A stretch of DNA of 24,000 nt, taken from Geodermatophilaceae bacterium (lineage in GTDB: Bacteria; Actinomycetota; Actinomycetes; Mycobacteriales; Geodermatophilaceae). The notes under the pieces were generated by a model that saw only the letters and a list, made by a program, of their open reading frames with translations, ran no database searches and was not told the DNA's origin. The DNA is taken from assembly GCA_013812145.1 (NCBI GenBank), contig JACCTY010000019.1, positions 1 through 24,000 on the forward strand, in the 5' to 3' direction. Of this stretch, positions 8,003-20,424 are shown piece after piece (within the stretch, counting starts at the first letter, position 1; the number at the start of each line of letters is the position of its first letter). The translations under genes were made by a program, and so were the position numbers.

Positions 8003-8392
8003 TCAGACGGACTGGCCGGCCGCACGCAGTCGAGAGGTAGCCCGCAGCGCCGCCTGTCGTTCCTCCGGGTCCTCGCTGGCCAGGTCGGAGTTGTCCAGGG
8101 CCCGCCGCGCGCGTTCGACGTCGATCTCGTCGGCGAACTCGGCGAGCTCGGCCAAGATCGACACGCCCTTCTCGGTGACCGACAGGAAACCGCCGTGTAC
8201 GGCGACCATGAGCTGCTCGCCACCCTCTTCGTCGATGCGTACGACTCCACCGTCGGCGAGCTGCCCGAGCAGGGGGATGTGGCCCGGCATGACGCCCAAC
8301 TCGCCCTCGGTGGTCCGCGCCAGCACCAAGGTGGCCTCGCCGGCCCAGATCATGCGCTCGACCGAGACGAGCTCGACGTGCAGGTTTGCCAT
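8003..8392 (-). CDS. atpC: F0F1 ATP synthase subunit epsilon
   Basis: 129 aa. [42 protein letters not shown]...VHGGFLSV, followed by a helical C-terminal domain. Confidence 0.95.
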   Translation of the reverse strand: MANLHVELVSVERMIWAGEATLVLARTTEGELGVMPGHIPLLGQLADGGVVRIDEEGGEQLMVAVHGGFLSVTEKGVSILAELAEFADEIDVERARRALDNSDLASEDPEERQAALRATSRLRAAGQSV

Positions 8393-8623
8393 CCGGGCGC
8401 TCCCTTGACTCCTCGGGCGACTGTGATTCTAACTGGCCGGCGAGTGTCACCACTGCGTCGACCCCTGGCAGTCGGATCCGCCTCGACCTGCGACAATCGG
8501 GCTGTCGGGTGATGACGCGGCGCCGGTGCGGCGGGTCCGCACCGGATGCGGATCGTCCCCGACCAACGCCGGGTCGGTCGCGTGCTCCTTCGCCGCGGCC
8601 GGCCCGGTCCGGGTGGCCGGCCC
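8393..8623 (-). other. Unusually long (231 nt) untranslated atpD-atpC spacer with GC-rich stem-loops
   Basis: There is no convincing ORF in any frame. Hairpins: GGCCGGCC/GGCCGGCC at 8597-8622 (10-nt loop), directly after the atpD stop, and CCGGTGCGG-5 nt-CCGCACCGG at 8523-8545. A TAGAAT (-10-like, minus strand) lies at 8426-8431, 33 nt before the atpC ATG, followed by GGAG..GGGAG. Confidence 0.6.
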
Positions 8624-11100
<2,477 letters not shown>

Positions 11101-11103
11101 CGG

Positions 11104-12750
<1,647 letters not shown>

Positions 12751-12797
12751 GGGCGAATCCCTGCTTTCGTTGTCGTGGGCCGGGCCGACGTTATCAG

Positions 12798-13949
12798 TCA
12801 GTCACGCTCAACCGGATGCCGGGCAGCGGCCCACGGAGGGGTTCGCCGGGGCGGGCGGAGCTGCGGAATCGTGCTCACCAGGACAGCCACGACGAGCAGT
12901 GCCCCGAGCAGCCACAGCACCCCCGCCGAGACTCCGAAGACCGACATCGCCACCGCTCCGAACGCCAGCACCATGGTCCACAGGTAGAGGATCAGCACCG
13001 CCCGCCGGTGCGAATGCCCGATCTCCAGCAGCCGGTGATGAAGATGCAACTTGTCGGCGCTGAACGGCGACCGACCGGCTCGGGCGCGGCGCAGCACCGC
13101 CAGCACCAGGTCCACCAGCGGGAACGCGAGCACCGCAAGCGGAACCAGCAGCGGCAGGGTCAGCGGGAGGAGCGAGGTGGCGCTGGCGAAGGTCTGCGGG
13201 TCGGCCTTGCCGGTGGCCGACACCGCCGCCGCGGCGAGCATCAGGCCGATCAGCATGGATCCGGAATCGCCCATGAAGATCCGGGCCGGCTGGAAGTTGT
13301 GCGGAAGGAAGCCCAGGCAGGACCCGGCCAGTACGGCGGCGATCAGCGTCGGTGCGCTCGCGATGTCGGAGAACCCGGTGCGGGACAGCTGGTAGCTGTA
13401 GGCGAAAAAGGCCAGCGCGGCGATGCCGGCGACGCCGGCGAGCAACCCGTCCAGCCCGTCGATGAAGTTCATCGCATTGATGGTCAGGACAGTCAGCAGG
13501 ACCGTCAGCGGCACCGCGATGTCGTTGCCGAGTGAGACGGTGCCGGCGTCGCCGAACGGGAAGTAGAAGAACGAGATCTGCACGCCGAACAGCACCATCA
13601 TGCCCGCCGCGGCGATCTGCCCGGTCAGCTTGGTCAGCGCGTCGAGGTTGAACCGGTCGTCGAGCGCCCCGAGCAGGCAGATCACACCGCCGGCCAACAG
13701 CACACCGAGGATGTCCTGCGAGTAGACGAACGTGCGCTGGAGGGCCGGCAGCACCGTGGCCACGAACACCGCGGCCAGAATCCCGCCGTACATCGCCAGC
13801 CCGCCCAGCCGCGGGGTGGGGATCGCGTGGACGTCGCGGTCACGCGGCTGCGCCATCGCCTGGGTGCGGGTCGCCAGGGCACGCAGCAGCGGAGTCAACA
13901 GATAGGTGACGATCGCCGCGACGAGCAGGACGACGGCGAACTCGCGCAC
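12798..13949 (-). CDS. wecA: UDP-GlcNAc:undecaprenyl-phosphate GlcNAc-1-phosphate transferase (MraY/WecA family)
   Basis: 3' 383 codons of track ORF 12798..15008. GTG at 13949 lies 8 nt after the glyA stop. Multi-TM protein with [20 protein letters not shown] and [11 protein letters not shown] motifs. The upstream part of the long ORF overlaps glyA out of frame and is not credible. Confidence 0.85.
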   Translation of the reverse strand: MREFAVVLLVAAIVTYLLTPLLRALATRTQAMAQPRDRDVHAIPTPRLGGLAMYGGILAAVFVATVLPALQRTFVYSQDILGVLLAGGVICLLGALDDRFNLDALTKLTGQIAAAGMMVLFGVQISFFYFPFGDAGTVSLGNDIAVPLTVLLTVLTINAMNFIDGLDGLLAGVAGIAALAFFAYSYQLSRTGFSDIASAPTLIAAVLAGSCLGFLPHNFQPARIFMGDSGSMLIGLMLAAAAVSATGKADPQTFASATSLLPLTLPLLVPLAVLAFPLVDLVLAVLRRARAGRSPFSADKLHLHHRLLEIGHSHRRAVLILYLWTMVLAFGAVAMSVFGVSAGVLWLLGALLVVAVLVSTIPQLRPPRRTPPWAAARHPVERD

Positions 13950-13957
13950 CCCGACCC

Positions 13958-15232
13958 CTACGGGCGCGGGTACGCCGGGCAACGAGCGACGAGAGCGCGA
14001 ACAGCAGCCGCCAGCTCCTCGGCCGCCGACCCGTCCTCGTCCCGCACCGCCTGACCGATCAGACCGGCCACGTCCTTCATGTCCGGCTCCGTCATCCCCT
14101 GGGTGGTCACCGACGGGCTGCCCACCCGGATGCCCGAGGCGACGGACGGCGGCTGCGGGTCGTAAGGGATCGCGTTCTTGTTCAGCACGATGCCGGCCGC
14201 GTCGCAGCGGTCCTCCGCCTGCGCGCCGGTAACGTCGATGTCGCGCAGATCGAACAGCGCCAGGTGGGTGTCCGTCCCGCCGGCCACCGGGCGCAACCCC
14301 TCGGCGGCCAGCCCGTCGGTAAGCGCCTGCGCGTTGGCGATGACCTGCTTGGCATAGGTCTGGTACGCCGGCCGCTTGCACTCCAGCAGGTTCACCGCCT
14401 TGGCCGCGATCGAGTGCATCAGCGGGCCGCCCTGCGTGAACGGGAACACCGCCTTGTCGATCGCCCTTGCGTGCTCGGAGGTGCAGAGGATCGCGCCGCC
14501 GCGGGGGCCGCGCAGCACCTTGTGCGTCGTCATGGTCACGACGTCGGCGTACGGGACGGGGCTCGGGATGGCCTTGCCCGCGACCAGGCCGATGAAGTGC
14601 GCCGCGTCGACGATCAGAACAGCGCCCACCTCGTCGGCGATCTCGCGGAAAACCGCGAAGTCGATCAGCCGCGGGATCGCCGAGCCACCGCACACGATGA
14701 CCTTCGGCCGGTGCTCGCGGGCCAGGTCCCGAACCTGGTCGTAGTCGATGTGCTCGGTGTCGCGATGCACGCCGTACGCGATGGCGTTGAACCACTTCCC
14801 GGAGAAGGAGACCTTCGTGCCGTGGGTCAGATGCCCCCCGTGCGGGAGCGCCATCCCGAGGATCGTGTCGCCGGGCACGCAAAAGGCGGCGTAGGCCGCG
14901 AAGTTGGCGCTGGCGCCGGAGTGCGGCTGCAGGTTGGCGTGTTCGGCGCCGAAGAGGTCCTTGGCACGGGCGATGCCGATCTCCTCGGCCCTGTCCACCT
15001 CGGCGCAACCGCCGTAGTAGCGCCGACCGGGGTAACCCTCGGCGTACTTGTTCGACAGCGTCGAGCCCAGGGCGGCAAGGACGGCGGGGGACGTGAAGTT
15101 CTCACTCGCGATGAGCTGCAGTCCTCCGCGGGCCCGCTCGAGTTCTGCCAACAGGACGCCGGCGATGTCCGGGTCCTGCTGCTGCAGCGCGTCGAAATCC
15201 GGTCCCCAGAAGGGTGTGCTCATGGTGGTCAC
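13958..15232 (-). CDS. glyA: Serine hydroxymethyltransferase
   Basis: LIASENFTSPAVLAALGS, YAEGYPGRRYYGGC, and TTHKVLRGPRGG (PLP Lys). The GTG start overlaps the tsaC stop (GTGA); an alternative ATG lies at 15223. Confidence 0.95.
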   Translation of the reverse strand: MTTMSTPFWGPDFDALQQQDPDIAGVLLAELERARGGLQLIASENFTSPAVLAALGSTLSNKYAEGYPGRRYYGGCAEVDRAEEIGIARAKDLFGAEHANLQPHSGASANFAAYAAFCVPGDTILGMALPHGGHLTHGTKVSFSGKWFNAIAYGVHRDTEHIDYDQVRDLAREHRPKVIVCGGSAIPRLIDFAVFREIADEVGAVLIVDAAHFIGLVAGKAIPSPVPYADVVTMTTHKVLRGPRGGAILCTSEHARAIDKAVFPFTQGGPLMHSIAAKAVNLLECKRPAYQTYAKQVIANAQALTDGLAAEGLRPVAGGTDTHLALFDLRDIDVTGAQAEDRCDAAGIVLNKNAIPYDPQPPSVASGIRVGSPSVTTQGMTEPDMKDVAGLIGQAVRDEDGSAAEELAAAVRALVARCPAYPRP

Positions 15233-15876
15233 GGTATCTCCTCGATATCCGGTACGACGTCGCGCAACTCCGCCAGCCCGACGGCGCCGCGGCGCAACAG
15301 CCGAGGCGGGGAGACCGTGGCGTCCACGATGGTCGAGGCCACCGCGGCCGCGGTGGGACCGGCATCGAGGTAGACCTGTACGGCGTCGCCGAGCTGCTCA
15401 CGCGCCTGCGCGATGGTGGTGGCCGGCGGTTCGCCGCTGCGGTTGGCGCTGGACACCGCCAGCGGCCCGGTGCGTTCGAGAAGCTCCAATGCCACCGGAT
15501 GCAGCGGCATCCGCACCGCGACGGTGCCTTGCGCGTCGCCGAGATCCCAGGCGAGCGTCGGGGCGTGTTGGACGACGAGGGTCAGTCCGCCCGGCCAGAA
15601 CGCGCGGACCAGCGCACGCACCGGATCCGGGACGGTGGTCATCAGCCCGTCGATCCCGCTCCACGAGCCGACGAGAACAGGCACCGGCATGTCCCTGTCC
15701 CGCCCCTTGGCCCGCAGTACGCCGGCCACCGCCTCAGGGGTGAACGCGTCGGCGCCCAGCCCGTAGACGGTGTCCGTCGGCAGGACGACGAGCCGCCCGC
15801 CGGCGATCGCGTCGGCGGCCGCGCCGATCCCGCGCCGCCGGCGGTCGGGCTGCCCGCAGTCGAACACCCGCGTCAT
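15229..15876 (-). CDS. tsaC: L-threonylcarbamoyladenylate synthase (TsaC/YwlC/Sua5 family)
   Basis: 215 aa. GGRLVVLPTDTVYGLGADAF, FWPGGLTLV, LAVSSANRSGEPP. Confidence 0.9.
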   Translation of the reverse strand: MTRVFDCGQPDRRRRGIGAAADAIAGGRLVVLPTDTVYGLGADAFTPEAVAGVLRAKGRDRDMPVPVLVGSWSGIDGLMTTVPDPVRALVRAFWPGGLTLVVQHAPTLAWDLGDAQGTVAVRMPLHPVALELLERTGPLAVSSANRSGEPPATTIAQAREQLGDAVQVYLDAGPTAAAVASTIVDATVSPPRLLRRGAVGLAELRDVVPDIEEIP

Positions 15877-15893
15877 CCGCCCACCCCCCGGCC

Positions 15894-15941
15894 GTGATCA
15901 TGGGGTTTGGCCGGTCCTGACCGGCCAAAGTCCATGATCAC
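15894..15941 (-). other. 48-nt near-perfect palindrome / long hairpin in the prmC-tsaC spacer
   Basis: GTGATCATGG-gg-TTTGGCCGG-tcctga-CCGGCCAAA-gt-CCATGATCAC. This gives a 10 bp + 9 bp stem with a 2x2 internal loop and a 6-nt loop. The right arm includes the prmC stop codon (15938-15940). Confidence 0.6.
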
Positions 15942-16876
15942 CGGCGGGTTGCGGTGGTGAACCGCGGACGGCCATTGAGATCTACATGGTCGAGGACGTC
16001 ACGGAACCGGCCGTCCGCGGTCACCGCTGCGAGCAGCGCCTCGCCCTGGAGGTCGGCGTGCTCGATGCCGAGGAGCCCGCCCGGTTTGAGCAGCTGGGCA
16101 GCCCGGTCGATCAGGCGGCGTACGACGCAGAGCCCGTCCGGTCCTCCGTACAGCGCGAGCGGCGGGTCGTGTTCGGCGACCTCCCGGTCCACGATCGCGT
16201 CGTCGGGCACGTACGGTGGATTGGTGAGTACGGCGTCAAGCGTCCCGTCCTGCCCGGCCAGGGTTCGCGGGTCGGCGGCGTCGGCCTGGATCAGGGTGAT
16301 GCGCCGGTCCCCCGCGGCGGTTCGCGCATCGGCGTTGCGGCCGGCCCAGGCCACCGCCAACTGGTCGAGTTCGACGGCGTAGACCTCGGCATTCGGCAGT
16401 TCGTGGGCGATCGACAGGGCGATGGCGCCTGAGCCTGCGCACAGGTCGGCGACCAGGGGCGCGGGATGCGGGCGCAGCCGGTCGATCGCCCACCCGGCCA
16501 GCAGCTCGGTCTCTGGGCGCGGCACGAAGACGCCCGGGCCGACGGACAGTTCCAGGTAGCGGAAGCCGGCGACCCCGGTCAGGTGCTGCAGCGGAACCCG
16601 GTCGGCGCGCTGCTCAACGAGGACGGTGAACCTGTTCAAGGCGGTCGGGTCCACGCTCGACACGGTCACCAGCGCGGACCGGCGCACGCCAAGTGCGTGG
16701 GCGAGCAACTCCTCCGCGTCCACTTGAGGGCTCGCCACACCCGCGTGAGCCAGTCGGCGAGCCGCGTCCGCGACCGCCTCTCGCATCGACTTTGCCTGTC
16801 GGCTGGCCGCGGCGGCGGGCGATTTATCCTGTTTGCGGGGCCCCCCGGCAGGCAAAGTGGAGCCAGCGGGGGTCAC
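15938..16876 (-). CDS. prmC: Release-factor glutamine N5-methyltransferase PrmC (HemK)
   Basis: [29 protein letters not shown]. The GTG at 16876 overlaps the prfA stop (GTGA). The first 30 codons are disordered with lower GC3, so the ATG at 16786 ([17 protein letters not shown]...) is a plausible alternative start. Confidence 0.85.
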   Translation of the reverse strand: MTPAGSTLPAGGPRKQDKSPAAAASRQAKSMREAVADAARRLAHAGVASPQVDAEELLAHALGVRRSALVTVSSVDPTALNRFTVLVEQRADRVPLQHLTGVAGFRYLELSVGPGVFVPRPETELLAGWAIDRLRPHPAPLVADLCAGSGAIALSIAHELPNAEVYAVELDQLAVAWAGRNADARTAAGDRRITLIQADAADPRTLAGQDGTLDAVLTNPPYVPDDAIVDREVAEHDPPLALYGGPDGLCVVRRLIDRAAQLLKPGGLLGIEHADLQGEALLAAVTADGRFRDVLDHVDLNGRPRFTTATRR

Positions 16877-17943
16877 GAGGCGGCGTTCCCGGCGAGCAGA
16901 GCCTCCGTGTCAGCCGCATGCAGCGCGTCGATCACCGCGTCGAGGTCGCCGTCGAGCACCTGGTCAAGGTTGTAGGCCTTGTACCCGACGCGGTGGTCAG
17001 CGATCCGGTTCTCCGCGAAGTTGTACGTCCGGATCCGCTCGCTCCGGTCGACGGTGCGGATCTGGCTGCGCCGGGTGTCGTTCTCGGCGGCGTCGGCTTC
17101 CTCCTGCGCCGCGGCCAGCATCCGGGCGCGCAGAATCCGCATGGCCTGCTCACGGTTCTGCAGCTGCGACTTCTCGTTCTGGCAGGACACCACGATGCCG
17201 GTCGGGACGTGGGTGATCCGCACGGCCGAGTCGGTGGTGTTCACGCTCTGCCCGCCCGGGCCGGAAGATCGGTAGACGTCGATGCGCAGGTCCGCCGGGT
17301 CGATCGTCACGTCGACGTCCTCGGCCTCGGGCAGCACCAGTACGCCGGCCGCCGATGTGTGGATGCGCCCTTGCGATTCCGTCACCGGAACCCGCTGCAC
17401 GCGGTGGACGCCGCCTTCGTACTTCAGCCGTTCCCAGATGCCTTCGGCGCCGCGGCCCTTGATGGCCACGGCGACGTCCTTGAATCCGCCGAGGTCGCTC
17501 TCGGTGGCATCGAGCACCTCCGCGCGCCAGCCCCGGCGCTCGGCGTATCGGAGGTACATACGGAGCAGGTCACCGGCAAATAGTGCCGACTCCTCGCCGC
17601 CCTCCCCCGCCTTGACCTCGAGGATGACGTCCTTGCCGTCGTGCGGGTCGCTCGGCAGCAGCAGGGTGACCAGCTTCTCCTCCAGGTCGGCGACCTCACC
17701 GGCCAGCGTCTCCGCCTCGGCGGCGAAGCTGGCGTCCTCTGCGGACAGCTCACGCGCGGCGGCGAGATCACCGCGAACCTGCTCCAGCCGTCGCGACGTC
17801 TCGACGACCTGACCGAGTTCGGCGTACCGGCGGCCGAGTTGCCGCGCACGGGCCTGATCGGCGTGTACGGCGGGATCGGACAGCGTGGTCTCGATCTCGG
17901 CGTACTCGGCGAGCAGCTCCGGCAACGCCTCGCTGGTGATCAT
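16873..17943 (-). CDS. prfA: Peptide chain release factor 1
   Basis: GGQ motif ([20 protein letters not shown]) and the RF1 tripeptide PVT ([17 protein letters not shown]). The track ORF starts at 17961; the ATG at 17943 ([11 protein letters not shown]) has AAGGA 9 nt upstream. Confidence 0.95.
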   Translation of the reverse strand: MITSEALPELLAEYAEIETTLSDPAVHADQARARQLGRRYAELGQVVETSRRLEQVRGDLAAARELSAEDASFAAEAETLAGEVADLEEKLVTLLLPSDPHDGKDVILEVKAGEGGEESALFAGDLLRMYLRYAERRGWRAEVLDATESDLGGFKDVAVAIKGRGAEGIWERLKYEGGVHRVQRVPVTESQGRIHTSAAGVLVLPEAEDVDVTIDPADLRIDVYRSSGPGGQSVNTTDSAVRITHVPTGIVVSCQNEKSQLQNREQAMRILRARMLAAAQEEADAAENDTRRSQIRTVDRSERIRTYNFAENRIADHRVGYKAYNLDQVLDGDLDAVIDALHAADTEALLAGNAAS

Positions 17944-17965
17944 CGGTGACGTCCTTTGCATGGCA

Positions 17966-18011
17966 ACGGCGCCCGTTCCGACCTTGCTATCAGGATCGGA
18001 ACGAGCGCCGT
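17966..18011 (-). terminator. Strong stem-loop between rpmE and prfA (terminator, attenuator or processing hairpin)
   Basis: The minus-strand RNA reads ACGGCGCUCGUUCCGA-14 nt-UCGGAACGGGCGCCGU. It forms a 16-bp stem with one G.U pair; on the opposite strand that position would be a C/A mismatch. It begins 7 nt after the rpmE stop. There is no U-tract. Confidence 0.5.
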
Positions 18012-18018
18012 GGAGGAG

Positions 18019-18243
18019 CTACTTGCCGGTGTCGGCGGTCCGCTTGCCGAAGCGGCGCTCGAAGCGGGCCACCCGCCCACCGGTGTCCATGATCTTCTGC
18101 TTACCGGTGTAGAAGGGGTGGCAGTTTGAGCAGACGTCCGCGTGCAGGGTGGCGCTCTTGGAGGTGCTGCGGGTGCTGAACGTGTTGCCGCAGCTGCAGG
18201 TGACCTGCGTCTCGGTGTACTCGGGGTGGATGTCGGCCTTCAC
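18019..18243 (-). CDS. rpmE: 50S ribosomal protein L31 (zinc-binding type A)
   Basis: [27 protein letters not shown]...[16 protein letters not shown]. CxC...CxxC zinc motif. GTG start with GAGGA 8 nt upstream. Confidence 0.95.
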   Translation of the reverse strand: MKADIHPEYTETQVTCSCGNTFSTRSTSKSATLHADVCSNCHPFYTGKQKIMDTGGRVARFERRFGKRTADTGK

Positions 18244-18270
18244 ACTGTTGGTCCTCTCGAAGCGGTGACG

Positions 18271-20424
18271 TCAGTCTCCGACTGTCGTCTTCTGGATCTG
18301 CATCAGGAACTCGATGTTGTTCCGAGACTCCTTGACCTTGTTCAATAACAACTCCAGGGCCTGCTGTGATTCCAGGGCATGCAGTACCCGGCGGAGCTTG
18401 ATGATGATCGCCAACTCCTCCGGCGGGAGCAGGATCTCCTCCTTGCGCGTCCCGGAGGGATCGATGTCGATCGCCGGGAAGATGCGCTTGTCGGCGAGCC
18501 TGCGGTCCAGCTTCAGCTCGGCGTTGCCGGTGCCCTTGAACTCCTCGAAGATCACCGTGTCCATCGTCGAGCCGGTTTCCACCAGCGCAGTGGCGAGGAT
18601 CGTCAGTGAGCCGCCGCCCTCGATGTTGCGGGCAGCTCCCAGGAAGCGCTTGGGCGGGTACAGCGCGGTGGAGTCAACACCACCGGACAGGATCCGCCCG
18701 CTCGCCGGGGCCGCGAGGTTGTAGGCGCGGCCGAGCCGGGTGATCGAGTCGAGCAGTACGACGACGTCGTGGCCGAGTTCGACCAGGCGCTTGGCCCGCT
18801 CGATCGACAACTCCGCCACCGTGGTGTGGTCCGACGGCGGCCGGTCGAAGGTCGAGGCGATGACCTCACCCTTCACCGAGCGCTGCATGTCGGTGACCTC
18901 TTCGGGCCGCTCGTCGACGAGCACGACCATGAGGTGGCACTCGGGGTTGTTCGTGGTGATCGCGTTCGCGATCGCCTGCAGCACCATCGTCTTCCCGGCC
19001 TTGGGCGGGCTCACGATCAGCGCCCGCTGGCCCTTGCCGATCGGCATGACCAGGTCGATGATCCGCGTCGTCAAGATGCCCGGCTCGGTCTCCAGCCGCA
19101 GTCGCTCCTGCGGATAGAGCGGGGTCAGCTTCGTGAACTCCGGCCGCTGCCGGGCCTGCTCGGGATCCATGCCGTTGACGGTGTCCAGTCGAACGAGCGC
19201 GTTGTACTTGTCGCGCTTCTCTCCGTCCCGCGGCTGCTTGACGGCCCCGGTGATCGCGTCGCCGCGGCGCAGGCCGTGCTTGCGGACCTGCGACAACGAG
19301 ACGTAGACGTCGTTCGGCCCGGTGAGGTAACCCGAAGTCCGGATGAACCCGTAGTTGTCCAGGATGTCCAGGATGCCGGCTACCGGGATCAGGACGTCGT
19401 CCTCGCTGACCGTCGGGTCCGGCTCGTTGCCGCCGAAGCGGTCACCGCCCTCTCGGCCGCGACGATTCCGGTCGCGGTAGCGGCCGCGGCGACGCCGGCC
19501 GCTACCGTCGAAGTCGTCGTCCCGGCCGTCACCGCGGTTGTCGGTGCGATTGTCGATGCGGGTGTCCGGGCGGTTGTCGGTGCGAGTGTCGTTCCGATTG
19601 TCGCCGCGAGTCTCATTGCGGCCGCTGTGGCGGTCGCGGTCCTGACCGCTCTGCCGGTCCTGACCGCTCTGCCGGTCCTGACCGCCCTGCCGATCCTGAC
19701 CGCCCTGCCGATCCTGACCGCCCTGCCGGTTCTGTCCGGTCTGGCGGTCCTGTCCGGTCTGGCGGTCCTGTCCCTGCCGGTCCTGTCCCTGCCGGTCCTG
19801 GCCTGCCCCGTCACGCTCTGCCCGATCGCCGTGGCGGGGACTCTGCCGCTCCCCGCGATCCGACCTGCCGTCACCGTCTGGGCGGCTGTCGGAGCGCGCA
19901 GCGCGGCTGTCGCCGTCAATGCGTTCGGTGCGCTCGCGGGCCGGCTGATCCTGCTCGGGTCGCACGACGATCTGCTCGGCCGGGGCCGCCGCAGCGGGCT
20001 GCACGGCCGGTTGCCCGGATTCGGGCGATCCGGCTGGGCGGGTGGCGGCCCGGCGCCGGCGCTCGGGAACGGCCGACTCGCTCGGTTGACCCGAGGAGGC
20101 CGGCACGGCATCCGAACCGGTCAGCGTCGGCTGCGCCGGCTGAGAAGGCGCAGCGGCGGTGCTCGGCTGGTGCGGCGCAGCACCGTTCTGACTCTGTTGG
20201 ATGGCAGCGATCAGATCGCTCTTGCGCATCTTGCTGGTGCCGCTGATGCCGAGCGTTCCGGCGAGCTGAGTCAACTCTGCCAGAACCATGCCGGACAATC
20301 CTGCGCCGCGGCGGCGCGGTCGAGCCGAGCCAGCCGGGGCGTCCTCGGACGCGGGCGGCGCGGCGGCTTCGGTGCCCGTACGCCGGTCTTCGGCGGCGGG
20401 CAGAAGGTGGGTGGTGTCGCTCAA
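18271..20424 (-). CDS. rho: Transcription termination factor Rho with a ~260-aa Arg/Asp/Gly/Gln-rich insertion
   Basis: 717 aa. N-terminal helix bundle (MVLAELTQLAGTLGISGTSKMRKSDLIAAI) and OB/CSD region (GILDILDNYGFIRTSGY). Walker A LIVSPPKAGKT, and conserved C-terminus ...AIDIDPSGTRKEE.... The apparent start is TTG, 7 nt after GGAAGGA. Confidence 0.95.
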   Translation of the reverse strand: MSDTTHLLPAAEDRRTGTEAAAPPASEDAPAGSARPRRRGAGLSGMVLAELTQLAGTLGISGTSKMRKSDLIAAIQQSQNGAAPHQPSTAAAPSQPAQPTLTGSDAVPASSGQPSESAVPERRRRAATRPAGSPESGQPAVQPAAAAPAEQIVVRPEQDQPARERTERIDGDSRAARSDSRPDGDGRSDRGERQSPRHGDRAERDGAGQDRQGQDRQGQDRQTGQDRQTGQNRQGGQDRQGGQDRQGGQDRQSGQDRQSGQDRDRHSGRNETRGDNRNDTRTDNRPDTRIDNRTDNRGDGRDDDFDGSGRRRRGRYRDRNRRGREGGDRFGGNEPDPTVSEDDVLIPVAGILDILDNYGFIRTSGYLTGPNDVYVSLSQVRKHGLRRGDAITGAVKQPRDGEKRDKYNALVRLDTVNGMDPEQARQRPEFTKLTPLYPQERLRLETEPGILTTRIIDLVMPIGKGQRALIVSPPKAGKTMVLQAIANAITTNNPECHLMVVLVDERPEEVTDMQRSVKGEVIASTFDRPPSDHTTVAELSIERAKRLVELGHDVVVLLDSITRLGRAYNLAAPASGRILSGGVDSTALYPPKRFLGAARNIEGGGSLTILATALVETGSTMDTVIFEEFKGTGNAELKLDRRLADKRIFPAIDIDPSGTRKEEILLPPEELAIIIKLRRVLHALESQQALELLLNKVKESRNNIEFLMQIQKTTVGD
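19637..19807 (-). repeat. In-frame tandem repeat array inside rho (7 x 18 nt followed by 3 x 15 nt)
   Basis: The plus-strand units are cggtcctgaccgctctgc x2, cggtcctgaccgccctgc, cgatcctgaccgccctgc x2, cggt(t/c)ctgtccggtctgg x2, cggtcctgtccctgc x2, and cggtcctggcctgcc. They encode GQDRQGQDRQGQDRQTGQDRQTGQNRQGGQDRQGGQDRQGGQDRQSGQDRQSGQDR. Confidence 0.95.

Noticed and set aside
12791-12804. TGACTGACTGATAA (minus strand), with stop codons in all three frames, resembling an engineered stop cassette at the rearrangement junction
   Set aside because: It is only 14 nt, and one TGA is the natural in-frame wecA stop after ...HPVERD. Such clusters arise by chance, and nothing else nearby (vector, scar, restriction-site pattern) supports engineering.
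13950-15008. 5' extension of the wecA reading frame (the track ORF 12798..15008 gives 736 aa)
   Set aside because: The extension overlaps glyA in another frame and reads as Arg/Gly/Pro-rich noise. The membrane-protein signal begins only at GTG 13949, directly after the glyA stop.
19637-19807. Possible CRISPR-like or intergenic repeat array
   Set aside because: The units are directly abutting with no spacers, are 15-18 nt long, and are in frame within rho. This is a coding minisatellite, not a CRISPR array.
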